64,000 nucleotides of DNA, from contig OZ245838.1 of NCBI GenBank assembly GCA_965228735.1, positions 96,001 through 160,000 of the forward strand, read 5' to 3'. Positions 1-11,750 of this stretch are shown in pieces. This stretch comes from Planctomycetota bacterium (GTDB lineage: Bacteria; Planctomycetota; UBA1135; UBA2386). Within the stretch, counting starts at the first letter, position 1; each line of letters starts with the position of its first letter. A model generated the notes under the pieces. The model saw nothing but the letters and a program-made list of their open reading frames with translations, did not search any database and was not told the origin of the DNA. Position numbers and translations under genes: made by a program.

Positions 1-134
1 GGGTGCGCGGCGAACTCGGGCCCGGCTGGTCGGGCGGCGGCGGCGGCGGGGCTAGCCTTCGCCGGGAAGCTGACTTGCGGCCGGCCGACGCGAGGTTTAG
101 GAAAGCACGGCCCCGGCTCCCGGGTGCGCCGACT

Positions 135-1082
135 TTGGAATTCCAGGACTACTACACGACTCTCGGCATCTCCCGTTCCGCGTCGGCGGACCAGATCAAG
201 TCCGCCTATCGCAAGCTCGCGAAGGAGTGGCATCCGGACAAGCATCCGGCCGAGAAGCGCGACGAGGTCGAGAAGAAGTTCGCCGCGATCTCCGAAGCGC
301 ACGAGGTCTTGAGCGACCCCGAGAAGCGCAAGCGCTACGACGCGCTCGGGGCGAACTGGCGGCACGGCCAGGAGTTCGGCGGGCCGCCCGGCGGCGGGTT
401 CCAGGGGAACATCGACCCCGAGGAGTTCGCCCGCATGTTCGGCGGCGCGGGCGGCGGCGGCGGCGGGTTCTCCGACTTCTTCTCGTCGATGTTCGGCGAC
501 ATGTTCGCGGGGGGCGGCGGGCGGCGGCAGCGCGCGCCGCAGAAGGGTCGCGACGTCGAGGCCGAGATGGAGATCGAGGTCGGGCTCGCGTTGCTCGGCG
601 GCAAGCGCGCGTTCCAGATCGACACCGCGGGCGGTCGTCGGTCGGTGGATCTGACGATCCCGAAGGGCACGCGCGATGGTCAGATGACGCGGCTGCGTGG
701 GCTCGGGCATCCCGGGCCGGCGGGCAACGGCGACCTGCTGCTGCGGTTTCGGCTCGTGCCCGACGACGTCTACCGGCTGCGCGGCAAGGACGTCGAGGCC
801 GACATCGTCGTCGCGCCGTGGGATCTCGTCGACGGCGCGAGCGTCGAGGTCGCGGTGCCGGGCGGGACTGCGACGGTCAAGCTGCAGCCCGGCACGCGCG
901 CTGGCGAACGGCTGCGGCTGCGCGGGCAGGGGCTCAAGCGCGGTGACGGCCAGGCCGCGGGCGATCTGTTCGTGGTCGTCCGGGCCGCGTTGCCGCAACA
1001 ACTCACGGATCGGCAGAAAGAGCTGCTGCGGGAGGCGGGGCAGGACAGCGCGCCCGTGCGGGGTGGCGCGGCGCGCGGGTAG
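135..1082 (+). CDS. DnaJ-class molecular chaperone (CbpA-like, no zinc finger)
   Basis: J-domain (DYYxxLG...WHPDK...KRKRYD), G/F-rich linker, DnaJ C-terminal domains (GDLLL, GDLFV). TTG start chosen at 135 (MEFQDYY). Confidence 0.9.
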   Translation: MEFQDYYTTLGISRSASADQIKSAYRKLAKEWHPDKHPAEKRDEVEKKFAAISEAHEVLSDPEKRKRYDALGANWRHGQEFGGPPGGGFQGNIDPEEFARMFGGAGGGGGGFSDFFSSMFGDMFAGGGGRRQRAPQKGRDVEAEMEIEVGLALLGGKRAFQIDTAGGRRSVDLTIPKGTRDGQMTRLRGLGHPGPAGNGDLLLRFRLVPDDVYRLRGKDVEADIVVAPWDLVDGASVEVAVPGGTATVKLQPGTRAGERLRLRGQGLKRGDGQAAGDLFVVVRAALPQQLTDRQKELLREAGQDSAPVRGGAARG

Positions 1083-1103
1083 GCGGGTCGGGCCCGCGAG
1101 AAC

Positions 1104-1138
1104 GCGCGAGACAACGATACCGGGTTCGGTACGTTCAC
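1104..1138 (+). repeat. 35-bp dispersed intergenic repeat, copy upstream of ABC-F
   Basis: GCGCGAGACAACGATACCGGGTTCGGTACGTTCAC; 30/35 identical to 3102-3136. Confidence 0.8.
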
Positions 1139-1142
1139 GACC

Positions 1143-3092
<1,950 letters not shown>

Positions 3093-3101
3093 CGCCGCGG
3101 G

Positions 3102-3136
3102 GCGTGAGACGAGGATACCGGGTTCGGTCTGTTCAC
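3102..3136 (+). repeat. 35-bp dispersed intergenic repeat, copy downstream of ABC-F
   Basis: GCGTGAGACGAGGATACCGGGTTCGGTCTGTTCAC; direct repeat of 1104-1138. Confidence 0.8.
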
Positions 3137-3140
3137 CCGC

Positions 3141-3611
3141 TCAGGGGTCGGTGCGGTCGAGGCGGGCTCGGAGTTCGGCGTTCTCCGTGCGGAGGCGGGC
3201 GAGTTCGGCCGCCGGGTCGTCGCAGACCACGTCGCCTGCCGTGCGCAGCGGCGGTTTGCCAGCCGACTCGCCCGGTGACCCGCCCGCCGAATCGGCGGGC
3301 GTGACCTCGGGGCCGGGTTCGAGACCGGGCTCGAGCACTCGCTGGTTCGTCAGGTAGACGCCCGCCAGCATGCTCGTCTTGCAGCTCGCGACGCAGCGGT
3401 TGCCCGCGGCGTCGCGATACTCGATCGCGTAGAGGCGCGAGGACTGTTCGCCGGCCCAGCCGGGACCGAACGGCGTCCACTGGCGCTTCAGCAGCGTGCA
3501 GCCCCGTTGCTGCAGGTAGTCGCGAATGCGGTCGCCATCGATCACACCCGCGATGACGCGGGCGCCGATGACGAGGATCACGACGAGGGCGATGATGACC
3601 AGGACTTCCAC
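3141..3611 (-). CDS. Hypothetical protein with N-terminal membrane anchor and C-terminal coiled coil
   Basis: Hydrophobic N-terminus, small globular domain, ELARLRTENAELRARL tail. Confidence 0.65.
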   Translation of the reverse strand: MEVLVIIALVVILVIGARVIAGVIDGDRIRDYLQQRGCTLLKRQWTPFGPGWAGEQSSRLYAIEYRDAAGNRCVASCKTSMLAGVYLTNQRVLEPGLEPGPEVTPADSAGGSPGESAGKPPLRTAGDVVCDDPAAELARLRTENAELRARLDRTDP

Positions 3612-3672
3612 GCCCGGTACGTGGCCGTACGGGCGCCGAACCTGTCGCCGGGAAGGCGTCGTGCCGACGAGC

Positions 3673-4248
3673 TCAGTGGAGGCGGCGCAGGCGACGAAGC
3701 GCGACGAGGTAGTCGCGGTTCTTCGTCAGCGACCAGGCGAGCTCGAGCTCGGCCATGATCTGCAGATGAGCGCCGTAGCCGGCGTTGCGGCCGACGATCG
3801 GGTCGAAGCCGGGCACGGTCGCGGTGACGACCGGCAGGATCGGCGCAGGAGCCGGGAGCGACGCTTCGACGGCCTCGGCCTTGGCCGGGTGCGCCGTCGC
3901 TTCGACGGCCTCGACGTCACGACGCAGGCGTTCCGCGGCCTCGTCGAGCTTCTTGGCCTCGGCGAGCTTGCCGAGACGCTCTTGCTCCTTGCCTTCGGCG
4001 TCCTCGATCTGCTTGACCGTGAGGGCGTCCTTCTCGGACTTGAAGATCCGCGACTTGCTGAGGAACAACTCGCCGCCGACGACGCGCAGATGAACCGTCG
4101 TCTCGGTCTCTTCGAGAACCACGCCTTCGAGGACGTCGGGCTGGCTGCCCTCGACGGTTTCCTTGGCAGGATCGGAGAGCCAGAACTTGTCGGCCTTGGC
4201 GGGGGCGCAGAACAGCGCTGCGGCGCAGAGAATCAGGGGGGTGCGCAT
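3673..4248 (-). CDS. Exported hypothetical protein
   Basis: ATG at 4248 gives the signal peptide MRTPLILCAAALFCAPAKA; typical codon usage. Confidence 0.7.
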   Translation of the reverse strand: MRTPLILCAAALFCAPAKADKFWLSDPAKETVEGSQPDVLEGVVLEETETTVHLRVVGGELFLSKSRIFKSEKDALTVKQIEDAEGKEQERLGKLAEAKKLDEAAERLRRDVEAVEATAHPAKAEAVEASLPAPAPILPVVTATVPGFDPIVGRNAGYGAHLQIMAELELAWSLTKNRDYLVALRRLRRLH

Positions 4249-4397
4249 GGAAGAAGGGTAGCACGCGCGGCGCCAACTCTCCTGGAACGGCGAGCGGCCG
4301 CCGGGGTGGCGGCCGCGATCGCGCGCTGGCATCGGCGAAAGCGCGCGATGCAAGGGGTCCCGAAACGAGACCCGTGAGGCTGGACCGCGTGCGCCGC

Positions 4398-4832
4398 TCA
4401 GGCCGGCAGCAGACCCTTGAGCTTCTCGAGCATCGGGCCGAGGACCTGCTTGATCTCCTCGTTGTTCATGAGGCGCGTGATCTGCTCCTGCAGACCGCCG
4501 AGGTTCTTCTGCAGCTCGGGGGAGAGCTGGCTCATCGCCGCCTTCGCGCCCTCGGTGACCTTGGTGGCCATGTCGTTGAGCGCGTTGCCGGTGTCCTTGG
4601 CGGCGGCTTCGCCGGCCGACTTCAGGCTCTCCATACCCGTCGAGAGGTCCTTGGTCAGCGACTCGAGCTCGGACTTGGCCGCTTTCGCGGTCTCGGCGTC
4701 GGTGATGCCCGCGAGCAGCTCGTTCAGCGAGCTGGCCGTCGCATCCGGGGTGGCGGCAGCGCCGGCTTCGCCACCGCAAGCGGCGAACAGGAACATCGGG
4801 ACGAGAAGGGCGAGATTACGAATCTGAGTCAT
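4398..4832 (-). CDS. Hypothetical lipoprotein, alpha-helical
   Basis: Signal peptide with lipobox LFAA-C; Ala/Lys/Glu-rich amphipathic helices. Confidence 0.75.
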   Translation of the reverse strand: MTQIRNLALLVPMFLFAACGGEAGAAATPDATASSLNELLAGITDAETAKAAKSELESLTKDLSTGMESLKSAGEAAAKDTGNALNDMATKVTEGAKAAMSQLSPELQKNLGGLQEQITRLMNNEEIKQVLGPMLEKLKGLLPA

Positions 4833-4909
4833 CGGTCGGTTCTGGGGTTCGGATTGCCGGCCGGCTACGGGCTGACAATCGCGGTTCAGTTGCTGATGAT
4901 AGCCGATCC

Positions 4910-7900
4910 ATGGTGCGTTGCCTCGTCGCGGTAATTCTCGTTTCGGCGCTCTCGGCCCAACAGGCGCCGGAGGCTCTTTTCGACGGCAAGTCGCTTGCGG
5001 GCTGGCGTGGCGATCCGGCGCTCTGGCGCGTCGAGGCCGGTTGCATCGTCGGTTCGACCGTCGGTCAGGAGCGCCGACGCACGACCTACCTGCACTGGCA
5101 GGGCGAGCCGGCCGTCGACTTCGAGTTGACCTACCGGCTGCGCGTCGAGGGCGCCAACAACAGCGGCGTCCAGTACCGCAGCCGCGAACTTGAGAACTTC
5201 GACGTCGCCGGTCTGCAGTGTGATGCGCATCCGAAGCCCGAGTATTTCGGGATGTTCTACGAGGAGAAGGGGGTCGGCGTCCTCTGCCAGCACGGGCAGT
5301 TCGTCGCGCGCGACACTGAAGGCAACCGGCGGGTCGTCGATCGCATCGCGACGCCGCCAGGTGAACCGGTCGATCTCGCGCAGTGGCACACGTTCAAGGT
5401 CGTCGCGCGCGGCAACGTGATCGAGCACTACGCCGATGGTCGGCTCGTCGCGATGCTCATGGACGACAAGGCCGACGCGCCGCGCGGGGGCAGCTTCGCG
5501 CTGCAGGTCCACGCGGGGCCGGAGATGACCGCGTGGTTCAAGGACATCGCGCTCGTGCGGCTGCCGCGCGAAGAGTTGGCGGCGACGCCGCCGCTCGCCC
5601 GGGCGCTGCTCGAGCGCGAGAAGGGCAAGGCGAGCGAGGGGCCGGATCCGGAGTGGATCTGGGATGCCGAGGCGGGCGGCGAGGAGGACCTGTTCTTCCG
5701 CCGTGCTTTCGACCTCGATGGCGCGATCGCAGCCGCGGACGTCGTCGTCGCGTGCGACAACAAGTCGCGCGTCTACGTCAACGGTGCCCGTGTGCTCGAG
5801 TCGAGTGACTGGGCCGCGCCGTCGCGGGCTGCGATCACCGAGCACCTCGTGCCGGGCAAGAACGTGATCGCGGTGCACGCGTGGAACGAAGGCGGGCCGG
5901 CCGCGCTCGCGCTGCGCGTGTCGTGGCGCAGCGCGAAGGGCGACGGTGGGTTCGTCACCGACGCGTCCTGGCGCTGCAGCAACGACGACCCCGAGGGGTG
6001 GAACGGACTCGAGTTCGCCGAGGACGACACCTGGGACGCCGCGCGCTCGTTCGGTGCGGTCGGCAAGCCTGGGTTGCCGTGGTCGCCGCGGCTGCGCGCC
6101 ATCAACCTCGCGCCCCCCGTGCCGCCCGACGCGCCGCAGGTCGCGCTGCCGGCGATGGGGCTCGCGGGGCCCGGTGCGGCCGGCGCGATCGAGCTGCTCG
6201 ACGTGCCGCGGGGCTACGGGTCGTGGGTCGCGATCTGCGCCGACGACGAGGGCCGGCTCATCGCGAGTGATCAGTCGCGCGGACTCTATCGCGTGACGCC
6301 GGCCGATGGACTCGGCGGCGAGAGCCGGATCGAGAAGCTCGACGTCGATCTCGACGGCGCGCAGGGCTTGTGCTGGTTTCGCGATTCGTTGTATGCGGTC
6401 GTGTCCTACCGCACGCCGGGGCTCTACCGACTGCGCGACACCGACGGTGACGACGCGTTCGACGAGGTCACGTTGCTGCGCGAACTGAAGAGCGGCGGCG
6501 AGCACGGGCCGCACGCGATCATGCCGGCGCCCGACGGCGAGAACCTGCTCGTCGTCATCGGCAATCACGTGCCGCTGACCGCGATCGGCGACGGTCTGCC
6601 GCAGCACGAGTGGGGCGAGGATCGTCTGCTCGAGAAGTTCGAGGACCCGCGCGGACACGCCCGCGGGCTGAAGGCGCCGGGCGGCTACATCTGCAAGGTG
6701 GACCCGAACGGCGAGAACTGGGAGCTGCTCTCCTGGGGCTTCCGCAACACCTACGACGCCGCGGTCCTGCCGGACGGCCGGATCTACACCTACGACGCCG
6801 ACATGGAGTGGGACATGGGCATGCCGTGGTATCGCCCGACGCGCATCCTCGAGGTCGTCCCCGGCGTCGACTACGGCTGGCGCAGCGGCAGCAACAAGTG
6901 GCCGGCGGACTATCCCGACGCGCCCGCGTCGATCTGTGACATCGGCCCGGGCTCGCCGACGGCGATGGTCCTGCATCACGGCAGCGTGCTCGCATTCGAC
7001 TGGACGTTCGGGACGATCTGGGCGCTGCCGGTCGGTGGGCGCGAGCCGGTGCAGTGGGTGACGGGCGAGCCGTTCCCCGTGAGTGACGCGTGCTCCGTCG
7101 ATGGCAAGCTCTATGTGCTCACGGGTGGGCGAGGGCTCAAGTCGCGGCTGCTGCGCATCGATGCGATCCCGCCGTATGCGCTCGGCAGCCCGGCGCCGGC
7201 GATCTGGCGCGACGAGCCCGTCGAGCTGCGGCGGCTGCGGACCGAGATCCGCGACGCGACCGTGACGCCGGGTCACGCGCTCGCCCGCCTCGCGACGTTC
7301 GATTTCGGGGGGCTCGGTCGCGAGGCGCGGATCTCTTGGGTGCGGGCCCATGCGCTGGCCCTGCTGGCCATGGACGAGATCGGTGCCGACGTGCGCGACG
7401 AGCTGACGGCGCGGCTGCTGCCGCTGCTGCCGACGGGTGACGGTCGCGTCGACGCGGACCTCGTCGAGGTGCTCACGGCGATCGACGCTCCGGGGCTGCT
7501 CGATCGCGCCGTGCCGTTGCTCGCCGAGGTGAAGTTCGACGAACCGCCGGCGTGGACCGACGTCGTGACGCGCAACGCGCGCTACGGCGGCCCGATCCAG
7601 AAGATGATCGACGAGATGCCGCCGACGTCGCAGATCGCGATCGCCTACGCGCTCGTGCATGTCGACAACGGCTGGACGCTCGATCAGCGCGCGACGTTGT
7701 TCTCGTTCTTGGCGGCGGCGCGCACCCGGAAGGGCGGCGCGAGCTACGACGGCTACCTCAAGCGCATGATCGACTACGCGTGGGAGCGCTGCAGCCCGGC
7801 GGAGCAGAACGCGCTCGCCGATCTCGCCGACAAGGCGCGGGCCGATCTGCCCACATACCGGGCGACGAAGCCGAAGGGGCCGGGGCGCGATTGGCAGCTC

Positions 7901-8371
7901 GCCGATGCGCAGGCGGAGATCGGGAAGGGTCTGCAGAACGCCGACCTCGTGGCGGGGCACAACCTGTTCCATGCGACCGGATGCGCTGCGTGCCATTACT
8001 TCGCGGGCGAGGGCGGCAACCACGGTCCGGACCTCACGAGCCTCGGGAACAAGTTCTCGGCGAACGAGGTGCTCGAGGCGATCCTCGAACCCGACAACGT
8101 GATCAGCGATCAGTACTCGGGCTCGGTCGTGACGACGACGAGCGGGGCTGCGTTGCTCGGGCGCGCCGTCAAGGTGACGCACGAAGGCGCGGAGGTCTGG
8201 GAGGTGATGCCGGCCGTCGCCGATGCCCGGTTGCAGCGCTTCCCGGTCGCGGACGTGAAGAAGGTCGAGCCGTCGAAGAAGTCGCCGATGCCGGCAGGGC
8301 TCGTCGATGCGCTCAACCCGGAAGAGCTGCGCGACCTGCTCGCGTTCCTGCTGTCGCGGGGTGTGCGCTGA
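4910..8371 (+). CDS. DUF1080 domain + sugar-binding-like domain + PVC-type heme-binding (CxxCH) dehydrogenase-like protein
   Basis: LFDGKSLAGW and NSGVQYRS (DUF1080); WIW..FRRAF..ACDN..VYVNG beta-sandwich; GEHGPH, GFRNTYD, DADMEWD propeller; CAACH heme motif with GPDLT and SPMP. Confidence 0.85.
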   Translation: MVRCLVAVILVSALSAQQAPEALFDGKSLAGWRGDPALWRVEAGCIVGSTVGQERRRTTYLHWQGEPAVDFELTYRLRVEGANNSGVQYRSRELENFDVAGLQCDAHPKPEYFGMFYEEKGVGVLCQHGQFVARDTEGNRRVVDRIATPPGEPVDLAQWHTFKVVARGNVIEHYADGRLVAMLMDDKADAPRGGSFALQVHAGPEMTAWFKDIALVRLPREELAATPPLARALLEREKGKASEGPDPEWIWDAEAGGEEDLFFRRAFDLDGAIAAADVVVACDNKSRVYVNGARVLESSDWAAPSRAAITEHLVPGKNVIAVHAWNEGGPAALALRVSWRSAKGDGGFVTDASWRCSNDDPEGWNGLEFAEDDTWDAARSFGAVGKPGLPWSPRLRAINLAPPVPPDAPQVALPAMGLAGPGAAGAIELLDVPRGYGSWVAICADDEGRLIASDQSRGLYRVTPADGLGGESRIEKLDVDLDGAQGLCWFRDSLYAVVSYRTPGLYRLRDTDGDDAFDEVTLLRELKSGGEHGPHAIMPAPDGENLLVVIGNHVPLTAIGDGLPQHEWGEDRLLEKFEDPRGHARGLKAPGGYICKVDPNGENWELLSWGFRNTYDAAVLPDGRIYTYDADMEWDMGMPWYRPTRILEVVPGVDYGWRSGSNKWPADYPDAPASICDIGPGSPTAMVLHHGSVLAFDWTFGTIWALPVGGREPVQWVTGEPFPVSDACSVDGKLYVLTGGRGLKSRLLRIDAIPPYALGSPAPAIWRDEPVELRRLRTEIRDATVTPGHALARLATFDFGGLGREARISWVRAHALALLAMDEIGADVRDELTARLLPLLPTGDGRVDADLVEVLTAIDAPGLLDRAVPLLAEVKFDEPPAWTDVVTRNARYGGPIQKMIDEMPPTSQIAIAYALVHVDNGWTLDQRATLFSFLAAARTRKGGASYDGYLKRMIDYAWERCSPAEQNALADLADKARADLPTYRATKPKGPGRDWQLADAQAEIGKGLQNADLVAGHNLFHATGCAACHYFAGEGGNHGPDLTSLGNKFSANEVLEAILEPDNVISDQYSGSVVTTTSGAALLGRAVKVTHEGAEVWEVMPAVADARLQRFPVADVKKVEPSKKSPMPAGLVDALNPEELRDLLAFLLSRGVR

Positions 8372-8378
8372 CGTGCCG

Positions 8379-9935
8379 ATGTCACGTCATGGGTTGCAGC
8401 GTTCGTTCCTGATCCCCGTGTTGGCCCTGCTGGCGAGTTTCGCCGCGGGTCAGCGGGGCATCGCGCCGAAGGCCGAGCCGGTCGTCCACTACGACGTGCA
8501 GTACGCCGAGGGCATCGCACGCGATGGTCGGCGGAACTCGCTCGACGTCTATCTGCCGCCGGGTGTGAAGGCGCCGCCGCTCGTGATGTTCGTGCACGGC
8601 GGTGGCTGGTCGGCGGGTCACAAGGACCTGTACGAGCCGCTCGGCGTCGAGCTCTGCCGGCGTGGACTGGCGTGCGCGACGATCAACACCCGGATGTTTC
8701 CGTTCGTGCGCCCGGCGGCGATGGCGCAGGACTGTGCGCGCGCATTCGGTTACCTGCACGCGCACGCCGATGAGCTCGGCTTCGACGGTGACCGGATGTT
8801 CCTCATGGGGCACTCGGCGGGCGCGCACCTCGTGTCGTGGGTGGCGGTCGATCAGCAGATGTGGGCGCTGACCCGTGCTGGGCGGTCGGCGTTGCGCGGC
8901 GTGATCGCGCTGTCGGGCGTCTACGACGCGCGGCCGCGCCACGGTCTGCTCGAGAAGGTCTTCGGCGAGGATGCCGCCGAGCGCGCCGCGCAGTCGCCGG
9001 CGCTGCGCATCAACCTCGACCCGCCGCCGTTCGCGGTCTGGTGGGCGCAGATGGACATCAGCGGCATCGATATCGGGTCGGGCGTTTTCGCCGCGAACCT
9101 GCGCCGGCACGGCGCGCGGGTGGCTTCGAGCAGGCTCTTCGGCTGCGATCACGTCAGCTACATTCACGATCTGAAGATGCCGGGCGGCGGCGTTCTCGTG
9201 CCACGGGTCGCCGACTTCGTGAAGCAGGTGCTCGACGACCCGAAGGGCATCGGGCGTGGTCTGGAGCTGCAGGAGATCGAACGCGAGCGACTGCTGCTCG
9301 GCGTCGCGCGGTTCCCGGCGGAGCTCTTCCGGCCCAAGGGGGCCGCGCGCAAGTGGGGCGTGCTCGCGACGGACGGCGAACGCTTGCCGGTGGCCCGCGC
9401 CCTCGCGCGTGAGCTGGCGCGGCGCGGAGCGTTGGTCGCCGTGTTCGATTGCCGCGCCCTCGACCGACTGCCGGCGCCGCGGGCGCTCGAGGTATTCGAG
9501 GACTCGCTGACGGCTCTCGCGGCGGCCGTACCGGTCGGCGACGGCCGCGGCCGTCGACCGTTCGGCCTGGCGCCGTTGATCGCGCTCGGCGACGCCGGCT
9601 GGCTCGTTCGGGTGACGACGAAGGACACCGCCGGACGGCTGTTGCTCGGCTCGGCGGCCGGGGCGTCGGTCACGCACACGCTGCTCGATGGCAAACGCGC
9701 GCACGGCCTGACGGCGGCGCAGCTGCAGCAGGCGGGGATGGAGGTGTCGGTGCTGCTGTCGAGCTCGGGCGATGGCTCCGAATCACGCCGGGACGCGGCG
9801 CGCCTGTTTCCCGTGCTGCGAACCAACGGCGACCTCGTCGTCGACCTCGATGCGCCGCCGGTCACGGAGCTGCTCGCGCCAACGGCCGGTGACGCGGGCC
9901 TGCTCCCGTTCGTGGCAGCCTTCCTCGACGTGTGA
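8379..9935 (+). CDS. Alpha/beta hydrolase (esterase/arylformamidase-like) with degenerate C-terminal domain
   Basis: LDVY-P, HGGGW oxyanion motif, GHSAG nucleophile elbow; signal peptide. Confidence 0.8.
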   Translation: MSRHGLQRSFLIPVLALLASFAAGQRGIAPKAEPVVHYDVQYAEGIARDGRRNSLDVYLPPGVKAPPLVMFVHGGGWSAGHKDLYEPLGVELCRRGLACATINTRMFPFVRPAAMAQDCARAFGYLHAHADELGFDGDRMFLMGHSAGAHLVSWVAVDQQMWALTRAGRSALRGVIALSGVYDARPRHGLLEKVFGEDAAERAAQSPALRINLDPPPFAVWWAQMDISGIDIGSGVFAANLRRHGARVASSRLFGCDHVSYIHDLKMPGGGVLVPRVADFVKQVLDDPKGIGRGLELQEIERERLLLGVARFPAELFRPKGAARKWGVLATDGERLPVARALARELARRGALVAVFDCRALDRLPAPRALEVFEDSLTALAAAVPVGDGRGRRPFGLAPLIALGDAGWLVRVTTKDTAGRLLLGSAAGASVTHTLLDGKRAHGLTAAQLQQAGMEVSVLLSSSGDGSESRRDAARLFPVLRTNGDLVVDLDAPPVTELLAPTAGDAGLLPFVAAFLDV

Positions 9936-9940
9936 CAACG

Positions 9941-10097
9941 AACCCGTACGGAACCTGGTTCATGCTGCCGGCCGGGAGGGCGTAACCCGTACGGAACCTG
10001 GTTCATGCTGCCGGCCGGGAGGGCGTTGTCTCGCAGGTAGCGTTGCGTCGGCCGGCAGCATGAACCAGGTTCCGTACGGGTCAGGTTCCGTACGGGT
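9941..10097. repeat. REP/BIME-like cluster between convergent genes
   Basis: 43-bp exact tandem direct repeat (9941-9983, 9984-10026), followed by inverted copies at 10049-10081 and 10082-10097. Confidence 0.9.
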
Positions 10098-11695
10098 CAC
10101 TCCGCGCGGTGGACCGTGAGTTGGGGGAACGGGATGGTCCAGCCGTTCTTCGTGCATGCGTCGACGAGCAGGCGCTGAACGGCCCGCCGCAGGTCGCGGA
10201 ACCTGGGCGCGGCCTCGCCCGCGAAGTCGGCGCGGGCGGCCATGTCGAGTGAGCTCGAACCGGCGGCCGAGAACTGGACCTGGGAACGCAGCAGGTGCTC
10301 TTCGGGCACCATCTCGAGCAGGCCGGCCCGCAGCGCCTCGGCGAGCTTCTGCGGGATCGTCGTCGTCGCGTCCTTCTGGTGCATGTAGTCGATGCCGAAC
10401 GTCGAGGTGATCGCGAAGCCGTGCGACAGGTTGCGCGGTTCTTCTTCCAGGAACTCGGTCGTCTTGTAGGTGCGCGGGGAACGGAAGTCGTCGACCACGA
10501 CGACCTCGGGCGTCTGCGTGATGACCTTGCCGATCACGGAGTCGCCGACTTGGACGACGTCACCGACCTCGGTGGGGAACCACGGCTCGTCCGGAGCGGG
10601 CTTGCGCGAACGTTGGCCGATCAGCTGTTGGATCGGGATGCGGAGGGCGCCGCCCTGGAGCGCCGGGTTGCGCAGGCGGCTGTGGAAGCGCAGTTGTTCG
10701 ACGCGATACGGCAGGCCGTCCACGATGATGCGTTCCCCTTCGCGGACCGAACCGACGTTGAGGATGAGGCGGATCTGCTCGAAGAACTGGGGTGCGGCCT
10801 TCACGAGAACCCAGCCCGCGCCGATCAGGAAGATGATGCCGAGGCTGAGCAGCACGAAGTCGTTGCGTACCCACGGAACGACGAGCGTGGCGGCGACGGC
10901 GAGCACGAGGCCGAGCGCGGAGAACACGACCTCGAGGATGCGCAGGGAGACCGCGCGGTCCTGCCGCTTGCGCGTCAGGACCTTGTTCTGCGACCAACGC
11001 ATCGTGAACAGCACGAGAATGAACGCGACCACGCAGAGCAGCAGCGTGAGGCCGCGCTCGGCGAAGAACGATCGGACGCTGTCGAGCAGCGGCACCTGAG
11101 CGGCCTCGAGCGCGTTGAGGCGGGCCGTGAGGACGGTCCGCTCGTCGCGAATCGTCTCGATCAATGCGCGCCATTCGTCGATCTCGCGCTGCATCTCCGC
11201 GCGTGCCGCAGCGTTCTCCGGCAGCAGTTCGAGCGTTCGGCTCGCGAACCGCCGGGCGCGCTCCACGAGCGCCTGACGCGAATCCAGCTCGCTGATGCGA
11301 TCCGTGATCGCGGCGTGTTGGCGCGAATCCTCTGTGAGCCCCTTGACCCACTGGATCGCTGGCTCGACGAGCGACACGACCTCCGACTCGAGGTCGAAGC
11401 CCGGATTGGAGTCCTCGAACTCCTCGATGTTCAGCTGCGTCGCGAGGCTGCCGAACTGCAGCTCACGTTGCTGGATCTGCTCGTTGAGCTCCTTGACGCG
11501 CGTCATGTTGGCGTCCTCCTTCGCCGCATCGCGTTGCGTGCGGAGCTGCTGGAGGTCGTCAGCGAGCGTGTTCAGCGCCTTGACCGTGGTCTCCTCGAGC
11601 TTGGTCGGCAGCTCCTGCGCCGCGGCCGGCGCGGCAGCGATGCCGAGAACGAGGAGAAACCAGATCGCGGAAAGCACGCGGTAAGCGCCGGGCAT
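10097..11695 (-). CDS. Mechanosensitive ion channel (MscS-like) family protein with periplasmic coiled coil
   Basis: Signal peptide, long coiled coil, 3 TM segments, C-terminal FGIDY...SSLD...IPFPQLTVH. Confidence 0.8.
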   Translation of the reverse strand: MPGAYRVLSAIWFLLVLGIAAAPAAAQELPTKLEETTVKALNTLADDLQQLRTQRDAAKEDANMTRVKELNEQIQQRELQFGSLATQLNIEEFEDSNPGFDLESEVVSLVEPAIQWVKGLTEDSRQHAAITDRISELDSRQALVERARRFASRTLELLPENAAARAEMQREIDEWRALIETIRDERTVLTARLNALEAAQVPLLDSVRSFFAERGLTLLLCVVAFILVLFTMRWSQNKVLTRKRQDRAVSLRILEVVFSALGLVLAVAATLVVPWVRNDFVLLSLGIIFLIGAGWVLVKAAPQFFEQIRLILNVGSVREGERIIVDGLPYRVEQLRFHSRLRNPALQGGALRIPIQQLIGQRSRKPAPDEPWFPTEVGDVVQVGDSVIGKVITQTPEVVVVDDFRSPRTYKTTEFLEEEPRNLSHGFAITSTFGIDYMHQKDATTTIPQKLAEALRAGLLEMVPEEHLLRSQVQFSAAGSSSLDMAARADFAGEAAPRFRDLRRAVQRLLVDACTKNGWTIPFPQLTVHRAE

Positions 11696-11750
11696 CCCGG
11701 AAGCCTACTCACGCTGGCATCGCCGTGCCCGCACTTCATGATGGGGCCGA

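Noticed and set aside
4886..8182. Long antisense ORFs (e.g. 1098 aa at 4886-8182; also 15968-18250, 25349-27742, 52329-54809, 56988-59480)
   Set aside because: Shadow or alternative frames of real high-GC genes; Arg-rich, with no motifs.
9941..10097. Possible CRISPR array
   Set aside because: The units are directly adjacent or inverted, with no unique spacers and no cas genes.
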